Positions 60,860-64,000 of a stretch of DNA of 64,000 bases are shown piece by piece. Below the pieces are notes generated by a model. The model was not told where the DNA came from. It was given only the letters and a program-made list of their open reading frames with translations, and did no database searches. Position numbers and translations under genes: made by a program. The stretch spans positions 11,966,001-12,030,000 of the forward strand of contig CATNEN010000007.1 in NCBI GenBank assembly GCA_950097015.1, read 5' to 3'. Numbering within the stretch: the stretch's first letter is position 1; each line of letters begins with the position of its first letter. The stretch is from Macrostomum hystrix. Taxonomy: Eukaryota; Animalia; Platyhelminthes.

Positions 60860-63800
60860 AACACATTCTCAATAGAACATATTCTCAATAGAACACATTC
60901 TCAGTAGAACACATTCTCAATAGAACACATTCTCAGTAGAACACATTCTCAATAGAACACATTCTCAGTAGAACACATTCTCAATAGAACACATTCTCAG
61001 TAGAACACATTCTCAATAGAACACATTCTCAGTAGAACACATTCTCAGTAGAACACATTCTCAATAGAACACATTCTCAATAGAACACACTCTCAATAGA
61101 ACACATTCTCAATAGAACACATTCTCAATAGAACACACTCTCAATAGAACACACTCTCAATAGAACACATTCTCAATAGAACACATTCTCAATAGAACAC
61201 ATTCTCAATAGAACACATTCTCAATAGAACACATTCTCAATAGAACACATTCTCAATAGAACACATTCTCAATAGAACACATTCTCAATAGAACACATTC
61301 TCAATAGAACACATTCTCAATAGAACACATTCTCAATAGAACACATTCTCAAAAGAACACATTCTCAATAGAACACATTCTCAATAGAACACATTCTCAA
61401 TAGAACACACTCTCAATAGAACACATTCTCAATAGAACACATTCTCAATAGAACACATTCTCAATAGAACACATTCTCAATAGAACACATTCTCAATAGA
61501 ACACATTCTCAATAGAACATATTCTCAATAGAACATATTCTCAATAGAACACATTCTCAATAGAAAACATTCTCAATAGAACACATTCTCAATAGAACAC
61601 ATTCTCAATAGAACACATTCTCAATAGAACACATTCTCAATAGAACACATTCTCAGTAGAACATATTCTCAATAGAACACATTCTCAATAGAACACATTC
61701 TCAATAGAACACATTCTCAATAGAACACATTCTCAATAGAACACATTCTCAATAGAACACATTCTCAATAGAACACATTCTCAATAGAACACATTCTCAA
61801 TAGAACACATTCTCAATAGAACACACTCTCAATAGAACACATTCTCAATAGAACATATTCTCAATAGAACACATTCTCAATAGAACACATTCTCAATAGA
61901 ACACATTCTCAATAGAACACATTCTCAATAGAACACACTCTCAATAGAACATATTCTCAATAGAACATATTCTCAATAGAACACATTCTCAATAGAACAC
62001 ATTCTCAATAGAACACATTCTCAATAGAACACATTCTCAATAGAACACACTCTCAATAGAACACATTCTCAATAGAACACATTCTCAATAGAACACATTC
62101 TCAATAGAACACATTCTCAATAGAACACATTCTCAATAGAAACACATTCTCAATAGAACACATTCTCAATAGAACACATTCTCAATAGAACACATTCTCA
62201 GTAGAACATATTCTCAATAGAACACATTCTCAATAGAACACATTCTCAATAGAACACATTCTCAATAGAACACACTCTTAATAGAACACATTCTCAATAG
62301 AACACACTCTCAATAGAACATATTCTCAATAGAACACATTCTCAATAGAACACACTCTCAATAGAACACATTCTCAATAGAACACATTCTCAATAGAACA
62401 CATTCTCAATAGAACACATTCTCAATAGAACACATTCTCAATAGAACACACTCTCAATAGAACACATTCTCAATAGAACACATTCTCAATAGAACACATT
62501 CTCAATAGAACACATTCTCAGTAGAACACATTCTCAATAGAACACATTCTCAATAGAACACATTCTCAATAGAACACATTCTCAATAGAACACATTCTCA
62601 ATAGAACACATTCTCAATAGAACACATTCTCAATAGAACACATTCTCAATAGAACACATTCTCAATAGAACACATTCTCAATAGAACACATTCTCAATAG
62701 AACACATTCTCAATAGAACACATTCTCAATAGAACACATTCTCAATAGAACATATTCTCAATAGAACACATTCTCAATAGAACACATTCTCAATAGAACA
62801 CATTCTCAATAGAACACATTCTCAATAGAACACATTCTCAATAGAACACATTCTCAATAGAACACACTCTCAATAGAACACATTCTCAATAGAACACATT
62901 CTCAATAGAACACATTCTCAATAGAACACATTCTCAATAGAACACACTCTCAATAGAACACATTCTCAATAGAACACACTCTCAATAGAACACATTCTCA
63001 ATAGAACACATTCTCAATAGAACACATTCTCAATAGAACACATTCTCAATAGAACACACTCTCAATAGAACACATTCTCAATAGAACATATTCTCAATAG
63101 AACACATTCTCAATAGAACACATTCTCAATAGAACACATTCTCAATAGAACACACTCTCAATAGAACACATTCTCAATAGAACATATTCTCAATAGAACA
63201 TATTCTCAATAGAACACATTCTCAATAGAACACATTCTCAATAGAACACATTCTCAATAGAACACATTCTCAATAGAACACACTCTCAATAGAACACATT
63301 CTCAATAGAACACATTCTCAATAGAACACATTCTCAATAGAACACATTCTCAATAGAACACATTCTCAATAGAACACATTCTCAATAGAACACATTCTCA
63401 ATAGAACACATTCTCAATAGAACACATTCTCAGTAGAACATATTCTCAATAGAACACATTCTCAATAGAACACATTCTCAATAGAACACATTCTCAATAG
63501 AACACACTCTCAATAGAACACATTCTCAATAGAACACACTCTCAATAGAACACATTCTCAATAGAACACATTCTCAATAGAACACATTCTCAATAGAACA
63601 CATTCTCAATAGAACACATTCTCAATAGAACACATTCTCAATAGAACACATTCTCAATAGAACACATTCTCAATAGAACACATTCTCAGTAGAACATATT
63701 CTCAATAGAACACATTCTCAATAGAACACATTCTCAATAGAACACATTCTCAATAGAACACACTCTCAATAGAACACATTCTCAATAGAACACATTCTCA

Positions 63801-64000
63801 ATAGAACACACTCTCAATTCTATTGAGAATATGTTCTATTGAGAATGTGTTCACATTCTGAATAGAACACATTCTCAATAGAACACATTCTCAATAGAAC
63901 ACATTCTCAATAGAACACATTCTCAATAGAACACATTCTCAATAGAACACACTCTCAATAGAACACATTCTCAATAGAACACACTCTCAATAGAACATAT
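60860..64000. repeat. 16 bp satellite (AATAGAACACATTCTC), about 195 copies, truncated by the window end
   Basis: Tandem unit seen directly, with an inverted segment at 63818-63852. Confidence 0.97.

Overview
This is eukaryotic (metazoan) genomic DNA with GC-rich spliced genes, many unrelated minisatellite arrays and CAG microsatellites. The overall style resembles the flatworm Macrostomum, but that is inference only and was not verified. From left to right: (1) a co-oriented + strand cluster of the 3' part of a FAK-like tyrosine kinase, a universal stress protein, COX10, MRPL49 and a 3-exon UMPS. Four of these start a few nt after an apparently unpaired splice acceptor, suggesting an SL-trans-spliced operon. 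(2) A - strand DEG/ENaC channel with altered HG and GAS motifs, divergent from (3) a glutaminase with ankyrin repeats and a GC-AG intron. (4) A 26-27 bp satellite spanning about 9.6 kb, interrupted by a 4.4 kb Ty3/Gypsy (Mag-like) LTR retrotransposon. Its 290 bp LTRs look identical, it has a 5 bp TSD and three frameshifts, and its ORF runs exactly from LTR to LTR. (5) About 16 kb of largely non-coding sequence, then a Pax2/5/8 gene with a second GC-AG intron, a 56 nt exon and candidate alternative 5' exons. (6) A 16 bp satellite with a small internal inversion. No rRNA, intact tRNA or CRISPR array was found. Most other ORFs in the track are shadow frames or repeat translations.
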